DNA from: Macrostomum hystrix
Taxonomy: Eukaryota > Animalia > Platyhelminthes
Assembly: GCA_950097015.1 (NCBI GenBank)
Contig: CATNEN010000038.1
Coordinates: forward strand, 25,916,001 to 25,980,000
Reading direction: 5' to 3'
Length of the DNA: 64,000 nt
Both the position numbers and the translations under genes were made by a program. Positions within the stretch are counted from its first letter, which is position 1. The number at the start of each line of letters is the position of its first letter. This document shows, in pieces, positions 39,541 to 52,200 of this stretch. The notes beneath the pieces are model-generated. The model saw nothing but the letters and a program-made list of their open reading frames with translations. It did no database searches and was not told the DNA's origin.

Positions 39541-39929
39541 TTAGGCCTTATCCATACTTGGACACCTAGAAATTTCTACACATTGGAAACATGAAAGGAC
39601 TGGATAAATTGCCAATAGCAAGAGAATTATAGTTAAAGTGTCTGGCTGCTCAGGCACAGTCAAACATATACTAGGCCTACCAGGAGAAGTTAATTTACTG
39701 GTGCATAAATGTGTATAAATTGGGCGTAAATTTATTTTTGTTCGCAAAATTAATTTCTTCTTTTAAAATGTTGAACGATGAAGCTGATAATGTCAACTGG
39801 TAACACAACCGGTGGGAAACATTTTTAAATGGCACTGAGCATTGCTCAGTTCAGTTCAATGCAGTCCTAACTGTCTCAGATTCCTAAACTGGGTAATAAT
39901 GATGAATCCAGTACAGAATGCTGCCACAA

Positions 39930-40070
39930 GCTTTGGAAGCCTAGGGTGAAGGCATTGCCATAGATACTCTTGGATGTGCAATTCAAAGAGGGCATTGCTA
40001 GTGCCATGCCACATAGTCTCGTCAGTACTTGCCTTCACTTCCATCAGATCCCTTGAATCCATATATTTTT
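39930..40070 (-). pseudogene. Possible decayed Merlin/ISXO2-like transposase C-terminal fragment
   Basis: IQGI*... followed by HGTSNALFELHIQEYLW resembles the IExxW...GxSxxxxxxYLxEFxWR ending of IS1595-type transposases. Short and frameshifted. Confidence 0.3.
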
Positions 40071-41999
40071 TAGTTCCGTCAGTGCCTGTGCCGGCAGAAC
40101 TTCATTCGGTGGCACAATCCACGATGCTCTTGGGGGCTGCCCAGCCATTTGCAAATCAGAAGAGTCTCAAAGTCTCTAAAATCCAAACTATAGTGAGGGC
40201 TCAATAAAATTCAGCTGAATTTCTGTGAACCAAACAACTCTATGCGGCTACTATGGGCCATAGACAACTCCCATTCGTCATTCCGCGTTATTGGCACCAT
40301 TTTAAAAGAGGAAAATAATTTCGCGAACGAAAGTACATTTACACCCTAAATTGTATTATTTGAACTAAGAGCATTCTTCTTGAATTGTTCATTAAACAAT
40401 TTTTCTGAAAAGTTTCATTTCCAATCAATGCAAACATAGGGAAATCATTTGGACTCTTACACAATTGGAGGCTATAAATTAACATTATAAATTGATAGAT
40501 TCAATAAATAATATTTTTTATATGGATATGAGCTTAATTATAAAACTATTTAATACTAAACTTTGCTAAACAATTTTATTTTTAGCTAATATTAATTGTC
40601 AGATTCTTACCAACTCAAGAAGAACTGAACTTAATATTACAAATAAGCTGGTTAAATATTTATTAAAAGCTTACTAGTATTATATGGTGTACGACTGTAC
40701 GTGTACCGTGTTACGACACATTAAAATTAAATAAAACTAATTCACGAAGTTAAATTTGTGAATGCTAGAAACTGCGTAGCTTAACAATATATTTGCGACA
40801 ATAAACAATTACTGCGTTGCAGCTTTGTACATAGAAAGGATATGACATGTTATAAATAAAACAACAAAATTAACTTCACAAAAGAAAAGTTTTGTCTAAT
40901 GAAAGCAAAAAGTTATCTTCTGCTTACGTCATACTTTAACTTTTGTGTTTATTGTGTGTTAAAACCACAGAAATGACCAAATAAGTTCTTGTGTGTTCTG
41001 TGATAAAATTAGCTTAGGTGACTGCTATAGAATTAATACGTAGCTTCGACTATTACTTTTACTACCAAAAGAATTTGTCTTTGTATTTTTATTACAAAAA
41101 GAAAAATGGTGACTGCACATCATGGCCGTAGAGAAGATGGCTTGACACACAAGATGAGCGAACATTAGTAAAATAAAGTGTTGCGAATAATACAGATAAA
41201 TTTCGACATTTGAAATACTTATGGCAATATCGACTGCTATTCACATGAGAGGATTATAGTTTTCCACTATACTAATTTGAGTCTAATCTTGATCTATATA
41301 GAGTCAGATATTCAGCCTTGCGCAGGCCATTTTCTGCAATTGCTGTTAAAAAATAACCAATGGAGAGAAATATAGCCACAAGCACGAACAAATATCTGAA
41401 TATCCAATATACAAAGAAGGGGGAACCTAAAAGAAGAATTCGTCACCTAGAGTGAGAATTCGTATGTGCCAATTTATGGATATTGACAATGAAGGCGTAC
41501 CATATGACCACATCGATACAGATCGCCGCCTGCCAAAGATGACTTTATAAACGGCCAAGACTAGGGGCACGCACAATAATTTGCAGATAATGCAATAAAT
41601 CTAAAAATATATTTCCCCTTTGCTCCCAACACTGTAAGAGCAGATCAGGAGAACGCAAGAAGACCAAGCTACTCCAAGCCTTGGCCCCTACTTTTGGGAC
41701 AGTAATTCGGGATTTGTTTCAACGCGGGTTGCTTCATAATTTCTGCAAAGTTATAATTACAGTTTTAGCTAGTAACAACGTCAGCAGCAACAATGGACGC
41801 AAGCCCAAAAAATCAGGGAGGCAGGGTCATATGGCGCGCCACATGCAGAGCCAGCGTGCTGCGAAGAAATATCCATTCGATATATATATCACTGGCGGTT
41901 CGATGGCGCCTTACTATAATTACTATAAGAGACTATAATAGCTGCTCTAGAACCCTGCTGTAGGCACAGAGGATAAATAGGAGCGCGTCTCTCGACTCC

Positions 42000-42190
42000 A
42001 GTCATATACGCCTTGCGAAAGTCCAGAAACAGGATGAGCAGCGTTGACTGACTGGTGAGGAGGCTGACACGGTAAAGTTGGTTACTGTACCACGTTGCGG
42101 CCATAACCCGTTCTGCTCGTAACGGAGGTACGGGTCCAGCACCGACTGCCAGGTGATCGAGGAACAGTCGTTTGAAAAGATTCGCATGAA
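42000..42190 (-). pseudogene. Degenerate non-LTR (LINE, RTE-like) reverse transcriptase fragment
   Basis: VLDPYLRYEQNGLWPQRGT in one frame and LILFLDFRKAY in another correspond to the QxGFRxxRST and DFxKAYD RT motifs. Confidence 0.7.
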
Positions 42191-42209
42191 AGGTTAAGTT
42201 TAAGCTGCC

Positions 42210-42330
42210 TAATAATAAAAATAATATAAATAATAATTGCAGGAGCTAGAGCTGCAGACATGGCACACCATTTGACCCTAGACCCGCAGCCAAAGAGAAG
42301 GCCATTTTACCTATTTAGCTGCCTCCTGCA
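42210..42330 (-). mobile_element. SINE family A, 5'-truncated 3' fragment with AAT-rich tail
   Basis: CTAGACCCGCAGCCA matches the 3' part of the 61.8-kb copy; adjacent (aat)-like run. Confidence 0.65.
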
Positions 42331-45300
42331 TTGGCACCTAAAATCTATATAACCTAGGTTGGGATGGCATCTACGAAATGAAACCTTTCAAAACGATTAA
42401 ATTACTATCACACGTCTGTGCCCTTAAATGTTTGGTCTTCAAACAAAAATATGGCGCTCTTTACTATTTAACTCTATTTCAGAGCTCTCTGATCTATTAC
42501 CGGAGAGCTCTATTTCAGAGCTCTCATAACTATATTACCGGAGAATAACTCAGTACGATTAAAAACACATGCAAATAAAAAAAATTCATCGGAAAATATA
42601 TATTCTGAATGTCTGTGCAGTAATTATAGTAGGCTATCTCTAAAGTCGTAAGGATTTTAAGGAACAATACATTCAGAACCATTAAACAACTATCAGAAGT
42701 TATGTGGTTACACAAAAACAAAATTCCTTTTCACCGAAAACCACTGCACTCCCGTCAAAAAAAAATTGGCTCCTATATTAGGTCTGGCGGCAGGGTACGT
42801 CGCAGTTCGCCGAATCTCATCACCGCTTTTTGTACATCCTGTCGGCAAGTATCATAGAATGAAAACCGGTAGTAAAGTAATAATAGGAATAAAGACTACC
42901 GGAATGGTTATCGTCATAGTCATTGAGTCATCGCAAAAAGCATGCGAAAAATCACTCCCAAGTAATGGTGACAGTCTCACCATTAGCGACTATCTTGATA
43001 TTCTAAGACGAGCCGGCAACTTCCTTAGAAACTGCATCGATCGTTAAAGAAGTGAAAGCGCCTGTCGGCTTGCCATCAGCAGTTCGAATGGCCACTTTGC
43101 ACTGAAGTGTCCTCGAGATCTGTAGATGATCACGTGTGTCAAGCGATATCTTGCTTGAGGACCTCTCTTGTTGGACACTGGCCTCATGCAGCGTGGTGGC
43201 GTGGTGACGACTGGTTGTGAACCTACCAGAATTCTCATGTACAGTCGTCAGCGATTTTACAACTCCGTCCAGTGTGTGATGACCTAGTGGAACATTTTAG
43301 TACCACAATTGCCAATTTGGACGCTCGATTCACACCGATAGTAGCCCAGAAGCAGGTTTTTCACACCATGCATGCATCTATTGTATGCAGTTCATGTTAA
43401 ATGCATATTAGTTATCAGCTTGCTGGTCGTATCTAAAAATGTAAATTTAGCTTTCGCTGAATAAATTCAGCAGACCTGCATTTTGCCAATTCAGCAGACC
43501 AGAACTCAAGCACTGCGCATCATTAAAATGCATGCTCTGCATGGCCAAATTTAGATTTTCGCACAGTCCGAGAATTTTCCATCGCGCATGATGTTGAAGT
43601 TACCTTTGCTTCTTGGTAATTTCCATGGCACTGAATAATGCTTATTCAGTGCCAGTGCAGAGTTGCACTTTTCTCCTAAGGAGAACAATGGCGATGAGAT
43701 GGAGCTCAAAGGAGAAGAGAAAAAGCATTTATGTGAGAAGGTTTTCATAGTCGTATATATGCCACCACACTTACCAACCTTAGTGGAACTATATTGTCTT
43801 TCTATACGAATAGCACCAACATGAGTAATAAGTTTCAAAATTTGCAGTAAAAGAAAGACATCGTTGGAAATTATGTTAATTATATATTTATAGTCGAGTT
43901 TTCTTATGCTCAAATTGTTTTTCTAGAAAATGCTCACATCTAAAGATTTGCGACTAAGCTGTTTATTATTTATTCTAAACTACACTATTTGTGGCTACAA
44001 AAAACTGCATGCAATGCGCTCACGTAGTTCACAATTGTGTAGTATAGAATAGAAGAGCTATTAGTGAGGCAATGTTTTTTACCGAGTGCAACTAGCGATC
44101 AAGGTCATAAATATTTACTTGGTGTACGCTGTGGGTCCATTCACTATTAAAACTGTAGGATTTTAAGCGCTTTTTACTGTTAAAGTATGCAACAGTAATT
44201 TAGTGTGAGCGTACAGCAATCATTGGTGCACGCCTCAAATGTCTATGGCTCAAAGTTATGGGAAGTTTAGCGAATTAGAGATATTATAGCAAGTCGTGGT
44301 CATAGACAGTCTAGTCGCACGATGGGCTTCGATTGATTGATATACTCGAAATCCCTACAAAATGATACAATCAAGTGATGACACTCGGCTTTTGAGTGCA
44401 GTAACGACATAGGCACGAGTGCACGAGTGCACTAGAATGAGACGCACTCGCATCGAGGTCGTTGCTGCACTCAAAAGCCGTGCTTCGACATCATTACTGC
44501 GTCCTATAAATGACAAATCCCTTAATATAATACCAGAAGGCGCAATATCTACCGTTTATATTAAACAAAAAACGTTGTTTATGGCCAGTTTTTTTAAGAG
44601 AACTATGAGCGATAAGCAATAAAAGCATGTAGGCGGCAGGCAATAATCGTGACGCAATCATATTAGGCCATAGAATAATGAGGCGAGATGCGAAATTCAA
44701 AACAGTACGTTGCTGTTTTGTGTTTAATAAAATGTGTGTAATAAATGTGTGTTTTCTTAAACAGCCAAATTGTTAGACAATGTTTTCATAGTATACTAGC
44801 AAACAAATTTATGAATACAACAATATATAATAAAAGATCAAGCATCTTGTTAAGCTATCAACATGCGATACACGTACGCTGGGTACGCTCAGATTCATGC
44901 ACGCACTTAAAACGCGACACACGAACCGAGGTGGGGCTAGCACCAAATGCTGGCTTGATAGAATTTCTATGATGGAAGAGCCAATTGGAATTGCATCAAC
45001 AATTAGTGTGCTCAGAAAAAGTAGGTGAGTAGCCACAGAGGTTAGACAACGAGAGAGGGAGAGAGAGATAGACAGAGAGAGCATTGTGGCCCAGGAATTC
45101 ACATTAGGGCCTCTCAGGACAAACCCCCCATGAGTCGGTCAAATGTCGAGCAAAATTACTGTGCAGTACCTTAGTTGATTAACCGAAATTTATCTTATGA
45201 AAAACTATATTAAACAGGCGAGACTAGGCAGACAATAAGACTATGGTTGTGGCCGTAAACCTGTGACCGAATTCGCAAGCATCACTGGATTCTGTCTGCC

Positions 45301-45699
45301 CATCACAGCACCTGAGTGTACACTCAACCTCAAACAAAGCCAACCACGCAGTAGTGGGCAACCGACTGTTTGTATAAGAAAGCGCTGTTTTTGCTTTCCA
45401 AACTGAACACGAAACCTTGGAGAGGCGCTAAAGTCCAAAAGATAATTCCACAGCTTCAAAAATATTCTCAGCTGCATACGAAAACATTCGCTTTTCTAAG
45501 AGCGACAACCTTAAAAACGGAAAATAAGTCCTGGCTTCATCTATCTCGAAAGGAATCGATAGCAGCGCTCTTGTGGACATAGTTTGATAAACTTCATTTT
45601 AAACGATGAGCAAGGTGGTAAGTGCTTGTCAATAGTTTAGTTACGGCATTTTCGTTAATTTAGTTAAGCACCTTAAGTTCTTAAGCACATTAAGCACCT

Positions 45700-46020
45700 T
45701 AGGTGCTTAAGTCCGATTTCATGGCGAGGCCACATTTATATGTGGCACAGCCACGCAGAGAAGGCTTGGGGGCTTTTCGTGCAATTTGCGCCCTTAAGGG
45801 CCAACCTCCAAGGCACAGAGAAGTTTACACTGCCTGACGATGAGAAAGTCAGGGCAGATGTACACACCTGTGTGAGCGTATGCCTGGGTACGGAATCTAT
45901 GTGTGCTCGGAGTCAGCAAAATGGCAGAATTGCTTCCTCGCTCTCGCTGGCTGCGGGTCTAGTGTCACCAAATAATGTGCCACTGCTTTCAGCCCTCTGC
46001 TATCGCTATTTTTGTTATAA
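45700..46020 (+). mobile_element. SINE family A copy (head decayed)
   Basis: GAGAAGGCTTGGGGGC, GCCCTTAAGGGCCAACCTCCAAGGCACAG, CTGCCTGACGATGAGAAAGTCAGGGCAG and GGCTGCGGGTCTAGTGTCACC. Confidence 0.85.
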
Positions 46021-46275
46021 CTAATGCTGGCACTCATAATTTACTTATGGCTTCTCTTGGGCTGAGATTCGAACTCCCGAAGTCTCGTTCAAAAGTCCTA
46101 AGCTCTAACCACTGAACCACAAGTTTCCTTGGTATATTTCGTTCATACTATCTGTTTGAGCTTAACAGCCTTAAGCTCATTTCATGAGCTTAATTTAATA
46201 GCAATTTCAAACCTTAAATTTCTTCTTCTGGGCTGCACCTTGCAGCAGGAATTCCAGGGTGGCAGTGGCGTCGCT

Positions 46276-49200
46276 ATGCAGCCACTTGGCGGAGCCGCCA
46301 ACAGCGATGCGCTAAACAACGTCAGTGATGGCGAAGGCGGAGACGAGAACAAGGAGCGCGGAAACTGGACCGGCCGTTTCGACTTCATCCTGTCAGCTGT
46401 TGGCTTCGCAGTCGGTCTGGGTAACGTGTGGCGCTTCCCCTACCTGTGCTATCAGAACGGCGGCGGTGCGTTTCTGATCCCCTACGTCATCATGCTGTGC
46501 GTGGCTGGACTGCCTCTGTTCTACTTTGAGCTAGCCTTCGGACAGTTCGCCAACCTCGGACCCGTCACCATCTGGCGGGCGAGTCCCATTCTGAAAGGTA
46601 AGTCTTTTGCTGCAGCTGTGAAACTCAGCAATATTGAAAACCACCACCCTGGACAAAGTGTACCTGAACGTGGTTGGGGAACTCAATGTGCAATGACTCA
46701 TACAAGCTCAATGTGCACTCTGATCACAAAAATGCGACGTTTATTAGCACCAGCACTAAGCCTCCACTGTACGAGCCTCGTAATATTAATACTCGTACGA
46801 GCGTAATAATAATAGCAGGGGGAAAACATTTGGTGAGTACACGCGCACACAGGTATCGTACGCAGGTACACAGTGTACATCTACCTGAATTTCTCATCGT
46901 CAGTTAGTGTACACTTTCACTTTACTTCCCAAGCTCCCGAGGCCTTCTCTCCACGGCTGCACCCCAAACCCCGTAGCCTGTCGTAGCTCATATTTGAGCT
47001 CATTAGGCCATGATGCCGTTGCCTCATGTCGTGGCTCGCCATCGCTTATCATCAGTCAGTCATACGGCAAACATTTAGAGTCAATACTATTTACTTGTTT
47101 GTTGGTAATGTGAAACTTCATGGTGGCGTCCGATAAGTTATCAAGTGCTGTACTGGAGCAATCCAAAAAAGGCCGATAGCTAGTAGCCAATTATGCTGTG
47201 CTCAAAACGGTAGGCAAATCGCGCTAACCAACCAGTTGAACCGGAGGGGGGAGCCTCCACACGTTTATTATATAATTCAGTGCAAATAGGCTAAAACGGA
47301 GGGGGTGGGTGGACGATGCCACTGCACAATGCGAACGAGGGTTAGAGAAACAAGGTGAGTGCGCAGAGTGGAAGCGGACGTACAGTAATTGTAAATAAGG
47401 TAGATTTAAATAAGCATACAGCGAGTCAGCGACCAATCATACCACCTGCCTCCCGAACATTCCCCCCACCTTGACATGACAATGACAAAAAACGCTATTC
47501 GATGACAAACAAAAATTGAACGAATGTCGAATCAACAGCAACCTGCACGGACTAAACCTAACGACAAGCAATGCTAACACCTACCGGCACAAATACTTAG
47601 AGTACGAACATGCATGCGTGTGGAACGCGGAACAAAGGATTATAATCAATATGGATCAAAAAATTCGCTAATAAATATTAATAACGCGATTTACTTCAAC
47701 TGAAAAACTAGCGCAAACAAATGAAATACCGTCACCAAATAGTCACAACATTTGTTACCTTGAAAAAAACAACAAAGAAACGACACTTAAATGAAATGAT
47801 GGATTTTAATAAAATCTCAAGTCTACTCCAACCTCGTAATAAACAATGCTCAACTCTAAACCAGCCAGTACGCGACACACCTGAAACGAAAAACTTACGC
47901 AGCGATACGTTCAAGCATATAAATCAGCTTACATGTATGATGCGCTCCTAATCTAAATTTGCAAACGAAAAATTCGAAACAGCAAAAAAACTGACCAAAG
48001 CAAAAGAAACGATTTAGAAAACGCATTTTAACGCTACCTTACTTAAATATGCATGACAAAATAAACCCTACGCCGATATTGCAACGCTCTAATGAGAAAC
48101 AACACCGCAGCATAAAAACAAAACAAAGTACGGAACAATAACCAAAAATAATACGACTCAAATAGTCTGCAATCTCGCACTCAACTGACAGTCCAACGAT
48201 TTTAACACTCCAATTCAAACAAAAAAAACTTCAGCCAGCTGAAATCGGGCACAACTTAGTTATTGGTCGCGTCATTGTGCGGTCACCGACTCTGATCGTG
48301 GCGACTCTCACGTGACCGTCGGGGCCGCGAGTCACCTCCAACACGCGAGCCAGCGGCCAATGACCTCGAGGCGAGTCCGGACTCACGAGCAGCGCCACGT
48401 CTCCGGGCTGTAGATCAGGAAGCTCTCGGCGCCACTTGCTGCGCGGCGCGAGTCCCGGCAGCCACTCGCGCAACCACCGCCGCCAGACCTGCGCCACTAG
48501 CTGCTGAACATGTCGCCATCTTTTTGAAGGGCTGCGCGCGATGTCCACGTCCACCTCCGGAGCAAACTGCCCACCGCCTTGACCGATGAGGAAGTGGTTT
48601 GGAGTCAGCGGAACGTCGTCGCTCGGATGGGCCGATTGGTAGGTCAGTGGTCTCGAATTTAACAGCGCTTCCGCTCCAGCAACGGCACTCAGCAGCTCCT
48701 CGTCCGTGACGTCCGCCTCCTTCAACGTATTCCAAATAGCCTTCTTTGCCGCCTTTATCATTATTTCATGCACGCCGCCGAAGTGCGGAGCAGCGGGAGG
48801 ATTGAAGTGCCATCGCATCTGCTGGTAGGCTGTCTGTTGCTGCAGCTTCTTGGTGTCCAACGCGTTGACCAGTTCCTGAAGTTCGCGCACAGCTCCGTAC
48901 GCTTTCTCCGACGCATCCACAAACACGTGCAGACTGCCATTTTTTGCCTCTGCCTCCTCCAGCGCCCTCGGTAGTCGGATCTCACTCAGGTGTTTCAGGT
49001 CTCTGCACCAATCGCTCACTCTCGCTAAGAGGTCCGCATTCAGCGTTTCGTCCCAATCAAGACCACACTGCCACAGCTCCTGCATCAACATTTTTGCTTG
49101 CACAAAAAATGGAGAAATCAAACCAAGCGGATCAAAGACGCTCGCCAGCTTCTTCAACAGACTTCTCTTGGTGGTCACCTGACACGCATCTAATTCTTGC

Positions 49201-52200
49201 TTAAACGTGAATTCGTCTTGCTCACTCTGCCAAGTGACACCTAATGTCTTGGTGCTCGGGAGTTCTCTGCTGTCTAAGGTCACCTCAGCTGCTCGATCGT
49301 CCGGCGGCACTTGCTTGAGCACAGCTCTTGAATTCGACACCCACTTGCGCGCATGCATGCCGGCGCGTCTCCATAACTCTCTGAGCTGCTCGTACAACCG
49401 GCAGCCAGCGGCCTCGTTGGGTGCTGAGTCGAGACTGTCGTCCATGTATGTTGAGTGCAACACTGTCTCTGCCGCCTCCGGTAGCTCGCTTTTCAGTTTC
49501 TCGGCATGAGAGCGGATGACGAATTGTGCTAAGAACAGCGAGCTCGTGACTCCGAACACTACTCGATTGAACTCGTAGACATCCGGCGGCCTGGAAGCGT
49601 CGGCATCCCGCCACAGGAAACTGTGCAGCGGCCTGTCCTTGGGCTCCATCTCGATTTGCAGGTACATCTCCGCGACATCGCATGCGATCGCGATGGGAAA
49701 TCGACGGAACCGAAGCAGAACTTCCACCAGGTCGCGCTGCAGCTTGGGACCCTGGAGGATCTGGTCATTCAATGCGGCAGCTGACGCGTCGAACACAATC
49801 CGCACTTTTGTTGTCGCCTTATCCGGCCGCGGCACCGGGAAATGTGGCAGAAAACAGCGTTCTTCGTTCTCAGCTTGCGCAACCTTCCGGACATAGCCTT
49901 GCTGCACGTACTTGTCGATCACGGCTTGATACTGTCTGCGAATTTGCATGTCCTTCATCAGTCGCTGTTCGGTGTTCTTCAACCGCTTCAAGGCCATCGG
50001 AAAAGTGTCTTTCGGACACAGACGTTTTTCCTTCCAGGGAATCCCGATCTGGTAGCGCCCTTTACTATACTGCAACGATGCATTAGCTTGATTGATGGCT
50101 TTCTCCTCGTCAGACGTCAATGGATTTCGGCTGTTCTCATCCGCGACGTTCTCGATCTCCCAAAACTGTCTGAGGATGCTGGACACCTGACTGCTCTCGG
50201 TTTCGCAGCTGAAGAACGTGGTGGCGAAATGGGTGCTCTGCCTTTTTGAGCTTAACGTCTGCTCTGTGCGACCGATGCACGTCCACCCCAGCGGCGTGAG
50301 GCGAGCTTTCGGCTCCCATGGCTGTCCGACAACCTCTTCGAGTGACACGTGAAAATCCGGGTAATCCGCTCCGATCAGCAGGTCCACTACAGCTGGTTCA
50401 CAGAGCTTGGGAAACGGCACGTCCCGGAGATGCGGCCACCACTGCCCCAGCTCGCGCCAGTTGACGCCTTTGAGGGATCCCGTCACGTGATCTGCAGTGA
50501 AGGCGGTGAGCTCAGTGGATGCACGACCGTCCATGCTTTCCACGGTGAAGCTGATCGGGGCTGTCATGAACGTCTCCGATTGACCGTTGATCACGCCTAC
50601 CTCGACCTTCTCGAGAGCTCCCTGCAGTCCTAGCGCTTGCGCGATCCCGACGTTGATGTAGCTCCTAGTGCTGGCGTCATCCAGCAGCGCGTTCACCTTC
50701 AGCTTCCGCGCCCCGTGTCTCAGGACTACTGGCACTGTTCGAAGTGAGACGTCGCTCTTGCTGGCCGACAGCAGCGTCACGGAACCGGCTTGTTTCGAAC
50801 TGTTCGACCCGGCGACCTCGCCCGGCTTGGCGTCTGACGGCTTGGCTTGGTTTCGCTTGGCTTGGCTAGGCTCGACGAGATCGATGGTGGCTTGGTGTTT
50901 ATCAGCGTGCAGCAAGCGATGATGGAATTTCAAGCAGTTGTCGATGCCGCATTGTCGGCTGCGCCTGCACTTACTGCTCACATGGCCTTGGCCTAAGCAC
51001 CTGAAGCAGGCCTTCGAGCGCTGCGCAGCCTCCCAGCGCTTGTTCACCGGAAGCTTCTTGAACTCGCTGCAGGACCACAACTCGTGGTCACCTTGGCACA
51101 CCATGCAACTTTTCGACTGCCCTTTTTTCTCACTCACGGCGCTATGAAATGTCTTCGGTCGTTGATCCCGCGCTCCGCGGTGGATGGACTTCTGGCTCTC
51201 TAGGTGAGGCGTGGCAACGCCCTGCACGATTTCCAACGCTTCGGTCTGAAATTCCGCTTCTTGCAGCACCCACATCCGAAGATTCCTGACACTTTCCTGC
51301 TTCCGTTGCTCAAAGATCCACCTCCGATAGTGGGAAACCATTTGCTCGGGCAGTTTCTTCTGCAGTCTGACATACAGCATTCCATCTTGCAGCTCAGTGT
51401 CCTTTCCAGCCTCTTCTAAATTAATCACGGCTATATCCAGCAAATTTGCAAAACTTTTCAGATCTTTAGTGTTTCCGTAGCGCACCGCAGGAAAGTTATC
51501 CAACTCCTCCAAGTGCAAGGCGAGTTGCCGGCGTTTTCCACCGAACTCTCTATCAAGTCTTTCCTTGGCCGCCTCATATGCCGTCGCTGAGTGCCCTAAG
51601 TGCTCGATGACCTTCAATGCCTCACCTTGTAGGTACTGCCTGAGTTGCAGCAGTTTAAACTCGGGCGTAGCGGGGGCGCTATCAATGCACGCCACAAAAG
51701 CTGCCTTCCAGTTCTCGTAACTCTGCTTGTCCCCACTGAACGTTGGGATTTCAACACGCTTTAACATCTTCCACAGGTCCTTGGAGATCTCCTTGGGGTG
51801 CGACGCCTTGCTGGACGCAGCGCTAACAGAAAGTCTGTCTAACTCACCAGCTGCTTCGTCTTGGTTTGCAGCAGCGTCTTCGGCATTTGCCCTCGCAGCA
51901 GGAGGCGGTTCTTGTTCGCGTTGCGCTTGACGGCCCCTGGCAGATTCGACGCGTTGAATCGCAGCCTGATAGTCGCGCTCCATCTCCTCCATCTCGTCGA
52001 GCAGACGCTGTCGCCTCTCGTCGTCCTTTGTGCTCACGTAGCCTTCGTAAAGCTGTTCCTGAATGGTGCTGACTTGCTCCTGCAGATCCGACAGGTTGTC
52101 ACAGGCTTCTTGCACTTCGTCGTCAGAAGCGCGTTTCTGTAGCAGCCATGATAGCTTGCTCTTACACCGAGTTAGCGTTGCCTTTCTTCTGGACTTCTCA

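Noticed and set aside
45828-45868. Hammerhead-ribozyme-like words CTGACGA...GAAA...GTC in SINE family A
   Set aside because: Helices II and III cannot form and helix I would start with a mismatch. The same bases pair better as a simple hairpin. An in vitro cleavage assay would settle it.
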